Shown: positions 42,101 through 50,602 of the stretch, piece after piece
Layout of the letters: each line of letters starts with the position of its first letter
Numbering within the stretch: position 1 is the stretch's first letter
From: an uncultured Bacteroidales bacterium
Lineage (GTDB): Bacteria; Bacteroidota; Bacteroidia; Bacteroidales; VadinHA17
Length of the DNA: 64,000 bases
Assembly: GCA_963789985.1 (NCBI GenBank)
Contig: CAWBNA010000031.1
Coordinates: forward strand, 136,043 to 200,042
Reading direction: 5' to 3'
Translations under genes and position numbers: made by a program
Notes under the pieces: generated by a model
Seen by the model: the letters and a program-made list of their open reading frames with translations, nothing else
Told to the model about the DNA's origin: nothing
The model's database searches: none

Positions 42101-43007
42101 CCGACAGTGATATATCTTCCCTGTGAAGGAGGATCATCTTTGCCCCCGAATCAACTATCATGTCGATATGTTCAGGTTCAATGACTGTTTCACGGTCGAG
42201 GATCACCTCATTTCTTTCTATTGAAACAACTTCTCCGGTATCTTCATCAACAAAATCTTCTACCCATGTTTTAAGAACCCTTGCGGCCAGCTTACGGCCT
42301 ACGAGTTTCTTGATATTGGTCTTTGATACTTTATGTTCTTCTGCAAGATTGAAGATCTCAAGGATCTCCTTATCGCTCTCGAAGCCTATGGCTCTCAGCA
42401 GGGTTGTAACCGGCAGTTTTTTCTTCCTGTCGATGTATGCATACATCACGTTATTGATGTCGGTCGCAAATTCAATCCATGAGCCCTTGAACGGGATTAT
42501 TCTTGCCGAATATAACTTTGTTCCGTTGGCATGGATGCTCTGTCCGAAGAAAACACCCGGAGATCTGTGCAATTGTGAAACCACAACTCTTTCTGCCCCG
42601 TTAATGACGAAAGTACCGCGATCAGTCATATAGGGAACTGTTCCGAGGTACACGTCCTGGATTACGGTGTCGAAATCCTCATGTTCAGGATCGGTGCAAT
42701 AGAGTTTAAGTTTTGCCTTCAGCGGTACGCTGAAGGTAAGCCCGCGTTCGATACATTCTTCTATCGTGTAGCGAGGGGGGTCGATATAATAATCGAGGAA
42801 TTCAAGAACAAAATTATTTCTTGTGTCTGTTATTGGGAAATTTTCGGTAAAGACCTTAAAGAGTCCTTCTTTTCTCCTGTTTTCGGGGGTAGTTCCGAGC
42901 TGGAAAAACTCACCGAATGATTTTAACTGAATTTCCAGAAAATCAGGATACTCCAGCTGGTTTTTCCGGGAAGCAAAACTAATTCTTTCAGTATTTTTTG
43001 AGGACAT
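39198..43007 (-). CDS. rpoB: DNA-directed RNA polymerase subunit beta
   Basis: 1269-aa ORF. Conserved beta-subunit blocks include [27 protein letters not shown]-like [11 protein letters not shown] and [18 protein letters not shown]. Confidence 0.98.
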   Translation of the reverse strand: MSSKNTERISFASRKNQLEYPDFLEIQLKSFGEFFQLGTTPENRRKEGLFKVFTENFPITDTRNNFVLEFLDYYIDPPRYTIEECIERGLTFSVPLKAKLKLYCTDPEHEDFDTVIQDVYLGTVPYMTDRGTFVINGAERVVVSQLHRSPGVFFGQSIHANGTKLYSARIIPFKGSWIEFATDINNVMYAYIDRKKKLPVTTLLRAIGFESDKEILEIFNLAEEHKVSKTNIKKLVGRKLAARVLKTWVEDFVDEDTGEVVSIERNEVILDRETVIEPEHIDMIVDSGAKMILLHREDISLSDFAIIYNTLQKDPCNSEKEAVIYIYRQLRNAEPPDEATARDVIDKLFFSDKRYDLGEVGRYRINKKLGLNTEMSVKVLTKEDIIKIIGYLIELINAKTDVDDIDHLSNRRVRTVGEQLYAQFGVGLARMARTIRERMNVRDNEVFTPVDLINSKTLSSVINSFFGTNQLSQFMDQTNPLAEMTHKRRMSALGPGGLSRERAGFEVRDVHYTHYGRLCPIETPEGPNIGLISSLCVYAKINDLGFIETPYLKVKDAKVDFSNEGIVWLTAEEEEEKMIAQANASLLKDGHFENQRAKCRYEADYPFEEVTKVDLMDVAPNQIASIAASLIPFLEHDDANRALMGSNMMRQAVPLISPESPIVGTGLEAQVIKDSCILFVAEGDGVVEYVDSNEIVIRYTRTDEEKFVSFDDDIRRYILPKYRKTNQNTCINLTPVVRKGEKVTKGQVLTEGYGTRNGELALGRNLKVAFMPWKGYNFEDAIVISEKVVQQDMFTSVHIDEYLLEVRDTKRGLEELTSDIPNVSEEATKNLDENGLIRIGAHIMPGDILIGKITPKGESDPSPEEKLLRAIFGDKAGDVKDASLKAGPSLEGVVIDKKLFTRAIKDRKAKAVEKPLLDKIESDFNKNVDELKARLVDKLFILVNGKTSQGVRDYLNVDIIPKGSKFTLKQLQEVDFLNINPNKWTTDKKKNDSIKQLLYNYIIKYKEIDGIYKRKKYNITIGDELPAGIVRLAKVYIAKKRKIKVGDKMAGRHGNKGIVAKIVRQEDMPFLEDGTPVDIVLNPLGVPSRMNLGQIYETVLGWAGQKLGLQFSTPIFDGATIDQITEYTEKAKLPKYGKTFLYDGGSGERFDQPATVGVIYMLKLGHMVDDKMHARSIGPYSLITQQPLGGKAQFGGQRFGEMEVWALEAFGAAYTLQEILTIKSDDVIGRAKAYESIVKGEPMPQPGIPESLNVLLHELRGLGLSVILD

Positions 43008-43108
43008 TTATAAAAGGATTAAGTGAACTTATAATTTAAAAGAACGAAAAGGCCTAGTCCCGTCCTGAAAGACAGGGCTAAACCTATAACCCGGTGATCA
43101 GGTATAAC

Positions 43109-43486
43109 TTATTTAAGTTCAACTTCAGCTCCTGCTTCAACCAATTGACCTTTAATAGCTTCTGCTTCATCTTTAGATACACCTTCTTTAACCGGAGCCG
43201 GAGCAGCGTCTACAACAGCTTTAGCTTCTTTCAGTCCAAGGCCAGTGATATCTTTTACCAGCTTGACTATCTGTAATTTTTGGCCACCGGCATTTTTAAG
43301 AATAACATCGAATGTTGATTTCTCTTCAGCTTTAGGCGCTTCACCGCCGGATGCCGGACCAGCGACTGTCACTGCAGCAGCTGCAGGTTCAATCCCATAT
43401 TCTTCTTTCAGTATTTTAGCCAGTTCGTTTACCTCTTTAACAGTAAGGTTAACCAGTTCTTCTGCAAATTTCTTAAGATCTGCCAT
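43109..43486 (-). CDS. rplL: 50S ribosomal protein L7/L12
   Basis: 125-aa ORF. It has an Ala-rich hinge and a C-terminal domain with [20 protein letters not shown]. Confidence 0.97.
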   Translation of the reverse strand: MADLKKFAEELVNLTVKEVNELAKILKEEYGIEPAAAAVTVAGPASGGEAPKAEEKSTFDVILKNAGGQKLQIVKLVKDITGLGLKEAKAVVDAAPAPVKEGVSKDEAEAIKGQLVEAGAEVELK

Positions 43487-43517
43487 TTTATCGATTTTTA
43501 ATTTAATTATACTTTAA

Positions 43518-44039
43518 TTACTTTTCTCTTTTTGATAGTGTTTCGAGAACACCATGAATTTTATTTCCACCTGACTGGAGGGCTGAAACAACGTTCCTGG
43601 CAGGTGACTGAAGGAGAAGGATTATATCTCCTATAAGTTCCTGTTTTGTCTTGACGGAGATAAGTGTATCAAGCATACCATCTCCTATGAATATTGATTC
43701 CTGAACGTATGCGCCTTTAAGCACAGGTTTATCATGCCGCTTACGGAATTCCTTTATCAGTTTTGCAGGAACATTTCCGGTTTGCGCGAACATGATGGAT
43801 GTGGTACCTTTGAGAACCGGATAGAGCTCTTCAAAGTTACCTTCAGACATTTCGAGTGCTCTTTTCAGGAGAGTATTTTTAACAACAATAAGTTTAATAT
43901 CATTTTCAAAACACTTTCTTCTAAGATCACTGGTGTCAGCTGCATTAAGCTGAGCAGTATCAGTCAGGTAAAAGTGGCTGTACTCTTTCAGTTTCTCAGC
44001 AAGGCTGTCGACGATAGCATTTTTTTCTTCCCGTCTCAT
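43518..44039 (-). CDS. rplJ: 50S ribosomal protein L10
   Basis: 173-aa ORF lying between rplA and rplL, with composition typical of L10. Confidence 0.93.
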   Translation of the reverse strand: MRREEKNAIVDSLAEKLKEYSHFYLTDTAQLNAADTSDLRRKCFENDIKLIVVKNTLLKRALEMSEGNFEELYPVLKGTTSIMFAQTGNVPAKLIKEFRKRHDKPVLKGAYVQESIFIGDGMLDTLISVKTKQELIGDIILLLQSPARNVVSALQSGGNKIHGVLETLSKREK

Positions 44040-44067
44040 AATTTCTTTTCGAGTTTAAAATAATCAG

Positions 44068-44763
44068 TTAATCATCAAGACCCTTGGGATCAATCTTAAT
44101 ACCAGGGCTCATCGTGCTTGAAAGGAACAGGCTGCGGATATATGTACCTTTTGCAGCAGCCGGTTTCAGCTTGTTGACCATCTGGATAAATTCCCTTGCA
44201 TTCTCGACGATCTTTTGTGCCTCGAAAGAGACTTTTCCTATAGAGGCATGAATGATTCCGCTTTTATCAACCTTGAAATCAATCTTCCCCTGCTTCACTT
44301 CATTAACAGCCTTACCAATTTCCATCGTAACAGTTCCACTTTTCGGGTTCGGCATCAGTCCCCGAGGACCAAGTATACGTCCAAGCTGACCGACTTTGCC
44401 CATAACGGATGGCATGGTTATAATAACGTCAATATCTGTCCAGCCTCCCTTGATCTTCTCAATATACTCATCAAGGCCTGCATAGTCAGCTCCTGCTTCC
44501 TTTGCTTCATTTTCCCTGTCGGGAGTGCAAAGGACCAGGACGCGCGTCTGTTTTCCTGTCCCGTGAGGAAGTGAAACGACGCCGCGGACCATCTGGTTGG
44601 ATTTTCTTGGATCGATACCTAACCTTACATCCAGGTCGACGGAAGCATCGAATTTTGTCTTAGTTATTTCCTTAACAAGCGACGATGCTTCTGTCAACGT
44701 ATAAAGCCTGTTGCTGTCGAGTTTTTCGGCAGCCAGCTTCTGGTTTTTGGTAAGTTTAGTCAT
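44068..44763 (-). CDS. rplA: 50S ribosomal protein L1
   Basis: 231-aa ORF with SLPHGTGK and [10 protein letters not shown] motifs. Confidence 0.97.
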   Translation of the reverse strand: MTKLTKNQKLAAEKLDSNRLYTLTEASSLVKEITKTKFDASVDLDVRLGIDPRKSNQMVRGVVSLPHGTGKQTRVLVLCTPDRENEAKEAGADYAGLDEYIEKIKGGWTDIDVIITMPSVMGKVGQLGRILGPRGLMPNPKSGTVTMEIGKAVNEVKQGKIDFKVDKSGIIHASIGKVSFEAQKIVENAREFIQMVNKLKPAAAKGTYIRSLFLSSTMSPGIKIDPKGLDD

Positions 44764-44775
44764 TTTTTTTACTAA

Positions 44776-45219
44776 TTAGTTATTTGCCGGGAAATCTCCC
44801 TTGATGGTGATTCCCATACTTCTGGCGGTGCCAGCTACCATCTTCATGGCTGACTCAACCGTAAAGCAGTTAAGATCTTCCATCTTATCCTGGGCAATTG
44901 TTCTGACCTGGTCCCATGTCACTGTCGCAATTTTATTCCTGTTAGGTTCCTGGGAACCTTTCTTTGTTTTTGCAACGTCGAGAAGCTGAACAGCCACCGG
45001 TGGTGTTTTTGTGACAAATTCAAATGATTTGTCGGCATAAACTGTAATGACAACCGGTATGACTTTTCCAGCTTTGTCCTGGGTCCTCGCATTGAACTGC
45101 TTGCAGAAATCCATGATATTTACACCTTTTGAACCCAGTGCAGGTCCAACAGGTGGTGATGGATTTGCTCCTCCGCCACGAATTTGTAATTTGATAAGTC
45201 CAGCAACTTCTTTTGCCAT
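44776..45219 (-). CDS. rplK: 50S ribosomal protein L11
   Basis: 147-aa ORF with PPVGPALG and the FCKQFNA motif. Confidence 0.97.
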   Translation of the reverse strand: MAKEVAGLIKLQIRGGGANPSPPVGPALGSKGVNIMDFCKQFNARTQDKAGKVIPVVITVYADKSFEFVTKTPPVAVQLLDVAKTKKGSQEPNRNKIATVTWDQVRTIAQDKMEDLNCFTVESAMKMVAGTARSMGITIKGDFPANN

Positions 45220-45302
45220 AATTTAAAATTTGCGTGTTTATTGCGAGTGATTGACAATTATTCAGGAAGCATTATAAATATTATAACCGTCAATATCTTC
45301 TG

Positions 45303-45851
45303 TTAATTCTCCTTTTCTACCTGCATAAAGCTAAGCTCAAGCGGGGTTTTCCGCCCGAATATTTTAACCATTACCTTGAGTTTTTTCTTTTCTTCATTCA
45401 CCTCTTCAATAATACCTGTAAAGCTGTTGAAAGGGCCATCGATCACCTTAACCGATTCACCAACAAAGAACGGGACATTAAGTTCCTCGTCGCTTGCATT
45501 AAGTTCATCAACCTTACCAAGAATTCTGTTTATTTCCGATTTCCTTAACGGCACCGGTTCACCATCCTGTGAGCCCAGGAAGCCAATCACATTCGGGACA
45601 TTCCTTAAAAGATGGGGTATTTCGCCGACGAGTGCTGCTTCGACAAGGACGTAGCCGGGAAAGAAAGTTCTCTCCTTGCTGATCTTTTTGCCTGATCTGA
45701 TCTGGTAGACTTTCTCCGTCGGGATCAGAACCTGCGAAATATATTCTTCGAGTTTCAGCCGTACAATTTCACTGTCAATATATTCCTTTACCTTTTTTTC
45801 CTTCCCTCCAATAGCACGAAGCACGTACCACTTCTTAACATTCTCGCTCAT
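45303..45851 (-). CDS. nusG: Transcription termination/antitermination factor NusG
   Basis: 182-aa ORF. It has the [15 protein letters not shown]-terminus and a KOW motif ([11 protein letters not shown]), and lies between secE and rplK. Confidence 0.95.
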   Translation of the reverse strand: MSENVKKWYVLRAIGGKEKKVKEYIDSEIVRLKLEEYISQVLIPTEKVYQIRSGKKISKERTFFPGYVLVEAALVGEIPHLLRNVPNVIGFLGSQDGEPVPLRKSEINRILGKVDELNASDEELNVPFFVGESVKVIDGPFNSFTGIIEEVNEEKKKLKVMVKIFGRKTPLELSFMQVEKEN

Positions 45852-45868
45852 CGGAACAGATCTCCTCT

Positions 45869-46060
45869 TTAATATAACAAACTGTATATGAAATGCATAA
45901 TATGACTAAAACCAAGATCCATCAATGCAACTATTACTGCAATGATCAGGGTTGCAATAAGCACCAGTGTTCCGCTGTTCTGAAGTTCACTCCACGTTGG
46001 CCAGGTCACTTTGTGGACCAGCTCGGTAAATGATTCTTTTAAATATTTCTTTAAGCCCAT
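45869..46060 (-). CDS. secE: Preprotein translocase subunit SecE
   Basis: 63-aa ORF with a single C-terminal TM. The [14 protein letters not shown] motif and the position upstream of nusG support the call. Confidence 0.85.
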   Translation of the reverse strand: MGLKKYLKESFTELVHKVTWPTWSELQNSGTLVLIATLIIAVIVALMDLGFSHIMHFIYSLLY

Positions 46061-46076
46061 TGTGCCATGTTATTTG

Positions 46077-46149
46077 CACGGGAGGAGAGGCTCGAACTCC
46101 CGACACCTGGTTTTGGAGACCAGTGCTCTACCAACTGAGCTACACCCGT
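46077..46149 (-). tRNA. tRNA-Trp (anticodon CCA)
   Basis: Hand-folded cloverleaf: acceptor ACGGGTG/CTCCCGT (one T-T mismatch at 6:67), anticodon loop CTCCAAA, T-arm GGGAG-TTCGAGC-CTCTC. CCA is not encoded. Confidence 0.9.
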
Positions 46150-46215
46150 ATCGTGTAACGGTGACAGAATCATGATTATCGTGATTCTGTTTTCCATCTG
46201 TCTGCATCCAAAACC

Positions 46216-47403
46216 TTACTTAATAATTTCCGTAACAGCACCTGCTCCAACTGTTCTGCCCCCTTCACGTATTGCAAAACGAAGTCCGACGTTAAGGGCA
46301 ACCGGGTAAATAAGGTCAACAGTGATTATAATGTGATCACCTGGCATCACCATTTCTGTTCCTTCAGGGAGAGTGATCTCTCCTGTGATATCAAGAGTCC
46401 TGATATAGAACTGAGGGCGATAATTGTTATGGAATGGCGTATGACGTCCACCTTCCTCTTTCTTCAGAACATAAACCTCAGCTTTGAATCTTGTATGAGG
46501 AGTTATGGTACCCGGTTTTGCAAGAACCATACCTCTTTTAATCTCTTTCTTATCAACGCCACGGAGGAGAAGACCTACGTTATCACCGGCTTCACCTTCG
46601 TCGAGAATCTTACGGAACATTTCAACACCGGTACATACAGTTTTACGTTTTTCAGTGCCAAGGCCGATCATTTCAAGTTCGTCGCCTGTATGAACTATTC
46701 CGGTTTCAATACGGCCTGTTGCCACTGTACCACGTCCGGTGATTGAGAATACGTCTTCAACCGGCAGTAAGAATGGTTTTTCATTTTCCCGTTTAGGAAT
46801 CGGTATATATACATCAACTGCATCCATAAGTTCCATCACTTTTTCTTCCCATTTCGGTTCTCCGTGCATTGCGCCAAGGGCTGAGCCGCGGATGACAGGA
46901 CAATTGGTACCGTCGAACTCATAAAAATTGAGAAGATCGCGTACTTCCATTTCGACGAGGTCGAGTAGTTCGGGATCATCAACCAGATCTACCTTATTCA
47001 TAAAAACAAGCACTTTAGGAACGTTAACCTGGTGTGCAAGAAGGATATGTTCACGTGTCTGAGGCATAGGGCCGTCATCGGCGGCAACAACAAGAATTGC
47101 ACCATCCATCTGTGCCGCACCTGTAACCATATTCTTAATATAGTCGGCGTGGCCGGGACAGTCAACGTGTGCATAATGCCTGGTTGCTGTCTGATATTCA
47201 ACATGAGCGGTATTGATTGTAATACCCCTTTCCTTTTCCTCGGGAGCATTATCAATTGAATCAAAATCCCTGATCTCTGAAAGTCCTTTTTTATTAAGGA
47301 CCATCGTGATAGCTGCTGTCAGGGTGGTCTTTCCATGGTCAACATGACCGATTGTACCAATATTTACGTGCGGTTTCGACCTGTCAAATTTTTCTTTTGC
47401 CAT
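46216..47403 (-). CDS. tuf: Elongation factor Tu
   Basis: 395-aa ORF with [14 protein letters not shown] and NKVD motifs. It is near-identical in layout to bacterial EF-Tu. Confidence 0.98.
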   Translation of the reverse strand: MAKEKFDRSKPHVNIGTIGHVDHGKTTLTAAITMVLNKKGLSEIRDFDSIDNAPEEKERGITINTAHVEYQTATRHYAHVDCPGHADYIKNMVTGAAQMDGAILVVAADDGPMPQTREHILLAHQVNVPKVLVFMNKVDLVDDPELLDLVEMEVRDLLNFYEFDGTNCPVIRGSALGAMHGEPKWEEKVMELMDAVDVYIPIPKRENEKPFLLPVEDVFSITGRGTVATGRIETGIVHTGDELEMIGLGTEKRKTVCTGVEMFRKILDEGEAGDNVGLLLRGVDKKEIKRGMVLAKPGTITPHTRFKAEVYVLKKEEGGRHTPFHNNYRPQFYIRTLDITGEITLPEGTEMVMPGDHIIITVDLIYPVALNVGLRFAIREGGRTVGAGAVTEIIK

Positions 47404-47463
47404 AACTACAAGCGTATTAAATTTACTTTATCTATATTCAGTTCTAAAATCAATTTCCCGTTG

Positions 47464-47535
47464 AGCCGGAGGGGGGAATTGAACCCCCGACCCCTTCCTT
47501 ACCAAGGAAGTGCTCTACCCCTGAGCTACTCTGGC
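47464..47535 (-). tRNA. tRNA-Thr (anticodon GGT)
   Basis: Hand fold: anticodon stem CTTCC/GGAAG, loop TTGGTAA, T-arm GGGGG-TTCAATT-CCCCC. The acceptor GCCAGAG/CTCCGGC has an A4-C69 mismatch. Confidence 0.88.
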
Positions 47536-47546
47536 ATCAAAAAGTG

Positions 47547-47619
47547 AGCGGGAGACGGAGCTCGAATCCGCGACCCTTAGCTTGGAAGGCTAATGCTCTA
47601 CCAACTGAGCTACTCCCGC
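47547..47619 (-). tRNA. tRNA-Gly (anticodon TCC)
   Basis: Hand fold: acceptor GCGGGAG/CTCCCGC, anticodon stem TTAGC/GCTAA, loop CTTCCAA. Confidence 0.9.
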
Positions 47620-47689
47620 CTGTTTTCAATAAAAGAGGTCCGTATCTTAACTACTGTATTCCTGCATTTTACGTTCAACCCCGTTTAAG

Positions 47690-47772
47690 TGGGGAGAGCA
47701 GGATTCGAACCTACGAAGGTATTCACCAGCAGATTTACAGTCTGCCCCAGTTGGCCACTTTGGTATCTCCCC
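47690..47772 (-). tRNA. tRNA-Tyr (anticodon GTA), long variable arm
   Basis: Hand fold: acceptor GGGGAGA/TCTCCCC, anticodon stem GCAGA/TCTGC, loop CTGTAAA, T-arm GTAGG-TTCGAAT-CCTGC. Confidence 0.9.
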
Positions 47773-47820
47773 CTTGAAACAGAGTTAATTCCTTTGATAT
47801 ACAGGTGTTTCTCTTCCAAG

Positions 47821-47894
47821 AGCCGATGAAGGGATTCGAACCCCCGACCTGCAGATTACAAATCAGCTGCTCTGACCAACTGAGCTACATCGGC
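47821..47894 (-). tRNA. tRNA-Thr (anticodon TGT)
   Basis: Hand fold: acceptor GCCGATG/CATCGGC, anticodon loop TTTGTAA, T-arm GGGGG-TTCGAAT-CCCTT. There is a T29-T41 mismatch in the anticodon stem. Confidence 0.88.
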
Positions 47895-47944
47895 AGTTTA
47901 AAGAACGTCCCGCAAGGGCATAATACCCCTCAAAAATCGGTCTG

Positions 47945-47976
47945 CAAATGTATGAATTAAAATTTCATTTATCAAA
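47945..47976 (-). promoter_or_regulatory. Candidate Bacteroidota promoter (-33 TTTG / -7 TACATTTG) for the tRNA-tuf unit
   Basis: On the minus strand TTTG (47973-76) is followed by a 20-nt spacer and TACATTTG (47945-52). This lies about 50 nt upstream of the first tRNA 5' end. Confidence 0.4.
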
Positions 47977-48007
47977 ATAAATCAAATTATTTTTGAATAT
48001 GGTTTAT

Positions 48008-48307
48008 TCAGACTCCCCTTTGCTTCTGTTTATGTTTGGTAATCTGTTTCTTAAGAGCATCAATCGCCTGATCGGTTGCTTCTTCGAACGATTTGCTCTG
48101 CTTCCTTGCAAACAAAGGTCCACCGGGTAACTCCACCTTAATTTCGCTAATTTTGTTCTCTCTGTCCTGATCCTTGTCAAGCCTGAGGTATACTTCAGCA
48201 TTAACAATCCCATCCCCGAACTGGAAAAGTTTCTCCAGTTTCTGGTTGACAAAATCAATTAGCTTCTTGTCGGCATCGAACCGCACCGAATGAATCTGAA
48301 TGTTCAT
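48008..48307 (-). CDS. hpf: Ribosome hibernation promoting factor / RaiA family (short form)
   Basis: 99-aa ORF. The pattern MNIQIHSVRFDADKKLIDFVNQKLEKL...EEATDQAIDALKKQI is typical of the HPF/YfiA fold. Confidence 0.85.
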   Translation of the reverse strand: MNIQIHSVRFDADKKLIDFVNQKLEKLFQFGDGIVNAEVYLRLDKDQDRENKISEIKVELPGGPLFARKQSKSFEEATDQAIDALKKQITKHKQKQRGV

Positions 48308-48337
48308 AGTAGCACCTCCTGTTTAATTGATTAATAT

Positions 48338-49225
48338 TTAAGCTCTTGGGTGAGCCTGTTTATATATTTTCCTTAGTTGTTCGAACGAATTATGAGTGTA
48401 AATCTGAGTGGCCGAAAGGCTGGCATGACCAAGAAACTCCTTGATGGAATTCAGATCGGCACCACGGTTCAGCATATGCGTCGCAAATGTGTGCCTCAGA
48501 ACATGAGGGCTCTTTTTTTCAATGGTAGTGACCATCGAAAGGTACCTCCTTACAATATTATAAACATACTTGTCGTACAATTTGTTCCCTTTATTGCTGA
48601 CAAAAAACCAGCTGTCTCTGCTTTCCGGAAATGTGGTTTTTCGCACCCCTACATATTCATTCAACTCCCTGGCAAACTCTTTCAGAAGAGGAATAATCCT
48701 CTGCTTGTTCCTTTTACCCGTTACCTTAACGGTCGCTTCAGCAATATTGACATCGCTGTCATGCAGACCTGTAAGTTCAGCTCTTCTCATTCCCGTCAGG
48801 TAAAGCATTTCTATAACCATCCTGTTCCGAACCCCTTCAAAGTCACTGCCGAAATCATTATCGTCAAGAAGTTTGTTGATCGATTCTTCCTCAACAAACA
48901 CCGGAAGCCTTTTTTTCATCCTTGGAAGTGTCACCTTCTCGATGGGATCATTTGTAACATATCCCTCCTTCCTGAGATAGCGGTAAAATACTCTTACTGA
49001 TGAAATTTTCCTGTGTACACTTGTCGCTGAATAACCATTTTCAAGAAGACTTACCATCCACGACCTTATATCATGTGATGTGACCAACCCGGCATCCTCA
49101 GGGATACCCTGACCGGACAGGTATTTGAAGAACTGATCCAGATCGTTTAAGTATGATCTAACAGTATGCGGCGAGTATCTCTTTTCAATTTGCAGATACC
49201 TTAAGAATGATTCCTTATGATTCAT
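48338..49225 (-). CDS. Tyrosine site-specific recombinase, XerC/XerD-like
   Basis: 295-aa ORF with an N-terminal SAM-like domain (FLRYLQIEKRYSPHTVRSY). Catalytic residues are RRAEL, HVLRHTFATHML and GHASLSATQIYTH. Confidence 0.8.
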   Translation of the reverse strand: MNHKESFLRYLQIEKRYSPHTVRSYLNDLDQFFKYLSGQGIPEDAGLVTSHDIRSWMVSLLENGYSATSVHRKISSVRVFYRYLRKEGYVTNDPIEKVTLPRMKKRLPVFVEEESINKLLDDNDFGSDFEGVRNRMVIEMLYLTGMRRAELTGLHDSDVNIAEATVKVTGKRNKQRIIPLLKEFARELNEYVGVRKTTFPESRDSWFFVSNKGNKLYDKYVYNIVRRYLSMVTTIEKKSPHVLRHTFATHMLNRGADLNSIKEFLGHASLSATQIYTHNSFEQLRKIYKQAHPRA

Positions 49226-49275
49226 GAAGGAACCTCTTTAAAGGACACATTATATAAAAAAATCAGCAGGAAATA

Positions 49276-49467
49276 CTACTCCTCGCTTTCCTGCATCTTC
49301 TGGACGTACTTGGCCTTCTTGATTTCTTCCCTCCGGCGCACTGAAGGTTTTACAAAAGCCTGGCGTGAACGCAATTCACGTATCACTCCGGTTTTTTCAA
49401 ATTTCCTTTTGAACTTCTTTAAAGCTCTTTCAATGTTTTCGCCTTCTTTTAACGGTACAATAATCAT
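49276..49467 (-). CDS. rpsU: 30S ribosomal protein S21
   Basis: 63-aa ORF; ERALKKFKRKFEKTGVIRELRSRQAFVKPS is the canonical S21 pattern. Confidence 0.95.
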   Translation of the reverse strand: MIIVPLKEGENIERALKKFKRKFEKTGVIRELRSRQAFVKPSVRRREEIKKAKYVQKMQESEE

Positions 49468-49494
49468 AATTGATAATTCATTTTAAACGAGGCG

Positions 49495-49525
49495 CAAAGT
49501 TAAAAATATAAAAAATCTTTTCAAA
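49495..49525 (-). promoter_or_regulatory. Candidate Bacteroidota promoter (-33 TTTG / -7 TAACTTTG) for rpsU
   Basis: On the minus strand TTTG (49522-25) is followed by a 19-nt spacer and TAACTTTG (49495-502). This lies 28 nt upstream of the rpsU ATG. Confidence 0.45.
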
Positions 49526-49704
49526 ATTTTTATGGAGTTAATTTAACCATTTTAGTTTATTTTAAAGTATTATACATTTGGTTCACACCTGGAGCAATGG
49601 TTTTCTTATTTAATAAAATTAAGATTATCAAATTTCTTTTCCAAGGGATCAGACGTTAATGTTTGGTTAAAGTTCTAGATTGTTTTATTGAAATCAAAAA
49701 TCAT

Positions 49705-49800
49705 TTAACCGCAAAGGGCGCCAGGTTTTCGCAAAGATGGCAAAGGTTGAAATTTAAGATTTTGACTTTGCGTGCTTTGTATTACTTTTTGGCTTTGCTG
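49705..49800. repeat. Word-array palindromic intergenic element, copy E (CGCAAAG/CTTTGCG words)
   Basis: Left arm: TTAACC-GCAAAG (49710-16), GCCAGG, CGCAAAG (49730-36), GGCAAAG (49739-45). A ~20-nt loop follows. Right arm: CTTTGCG (49766-72), CTTTGT (49775-80), CTTTTTGG, CTTTGC (49793-98). Confidence 0.65.
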
Positions 49801-49826
49801 TAAGATAGATCCTTCAATAGTCCCTA

Positions 49827-50495
49827 TCAGTCAAAATCCAGATAAGGCTTTATCTTTTTCGTTGTCTCCCGCGAAATAATATTGTTTCTCACCATCTCTT
49901 CCAATCCCCCGATCTTCCCCTTCAGCTCCCTGTACTTAATGATTCCCTGAATCTCATCTTTTTTGAAATACGGATGCCTGATCAAAGCCTTGTAATCAGC
50001 CCTGTTTATTTTTATTTTCCTTACAAGGAGAGAATCAGCGCAAACCTTCGGCAATACCTTTTTAAATGTTTCTTCAGACAATCCATAAACCTCCCTGAGC
50101 TGGTTAACTGAAACAAAACCGCCTATCAGATTCCTGTATTTAATGATCCTTAACGAAAGGACAGATCCTATCCCCGGCAATGCTCTCAGTGATGCTGTAT
50201 CACAGGTGTTAAGTTCAAGAATCTTCTTCTGATGGTTCTGATAGCTTTCAGTCCGTTTTTGAACCACGGTTTTTTTCGGGAAATTACCCTGCGGCTTTTG
50301 CTCAGCAACAATTCTTTCTTTAGTGTTTTCTTCAAAAATTTTCAAGGGGATCTCTTCGACTGATATAGTCCGGGCCGGAACAACAAACCTCAAACCGAAA
50401 ACAATCAACATTATAATGAGCAGGATAAATGTTGACCGTCTTTCAGGGCGGGTATAACCAAACCAGCTCTTTAACGGCTCAATAAATGGTTTCAT
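49827..50495 (-). CDS. ComEA-like helix-hairpin-helix DNA-binding protein with N-terminal membrane anchor
   Basis: 222-aa ORF with one N-terminal TM and two HhH-like segments (LRALPGIGSVLSLRIIKYR and the following repeat). Confidence 0.7.
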   Translation of the reverse strand: MKPFIEPLKSWFGYTRPERRSTFILLIIMLIVFGLRFVVPARTISVEEIPLKIFEENTKERIVAEQKPQGNFPKKTVVQKRTESYQNHQKKILELNTCDTASLRALPGIGSVLSLRIIKYRNLIGGFVSVNQLREVYGLSEETFKKVLPKVCADSLLVRKIKINRADYKALIRHPYFKKDEIQGIIKYRELKGKIGGLEEMVRNNIISRETTKKIKPYLDFD

Positions 50496-50602
50496 AGAAT
50501 TTACTTTAGCAGTGAGGCTTGCTGCAATTTAATCAAATTCGGGGACCGGCCTGCTAAAACCGGAAATTTTTTATAAGGCTGGCAGTCTGTTGCTTTTCTC
50601 TG

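Noticed and set aside
43040-43075. Could a hairpin in the rplL-rpoB spacer be the classical attenuator?
   Set aside because: I can draw only a 6-bp stem with a bulge (CCC(U)GUC-UUUCAG-GACGGG), and there is no U-tract. This is too weak to annotate.
48338-49225. A tyrosine recombinase lies next to a tRNA cluster. Could this be an integrated mobile element?
   Set aside because: The rpsU-xer-hpf-tRNA-tuf arrangement looks like conserved housekeeping synteny. The recombinase faces the 5' side of the tRNA genes rather than their 3' ends. I see no duplicated tRNA 3' fragment (att-like direct repeat) and no cargo genes.
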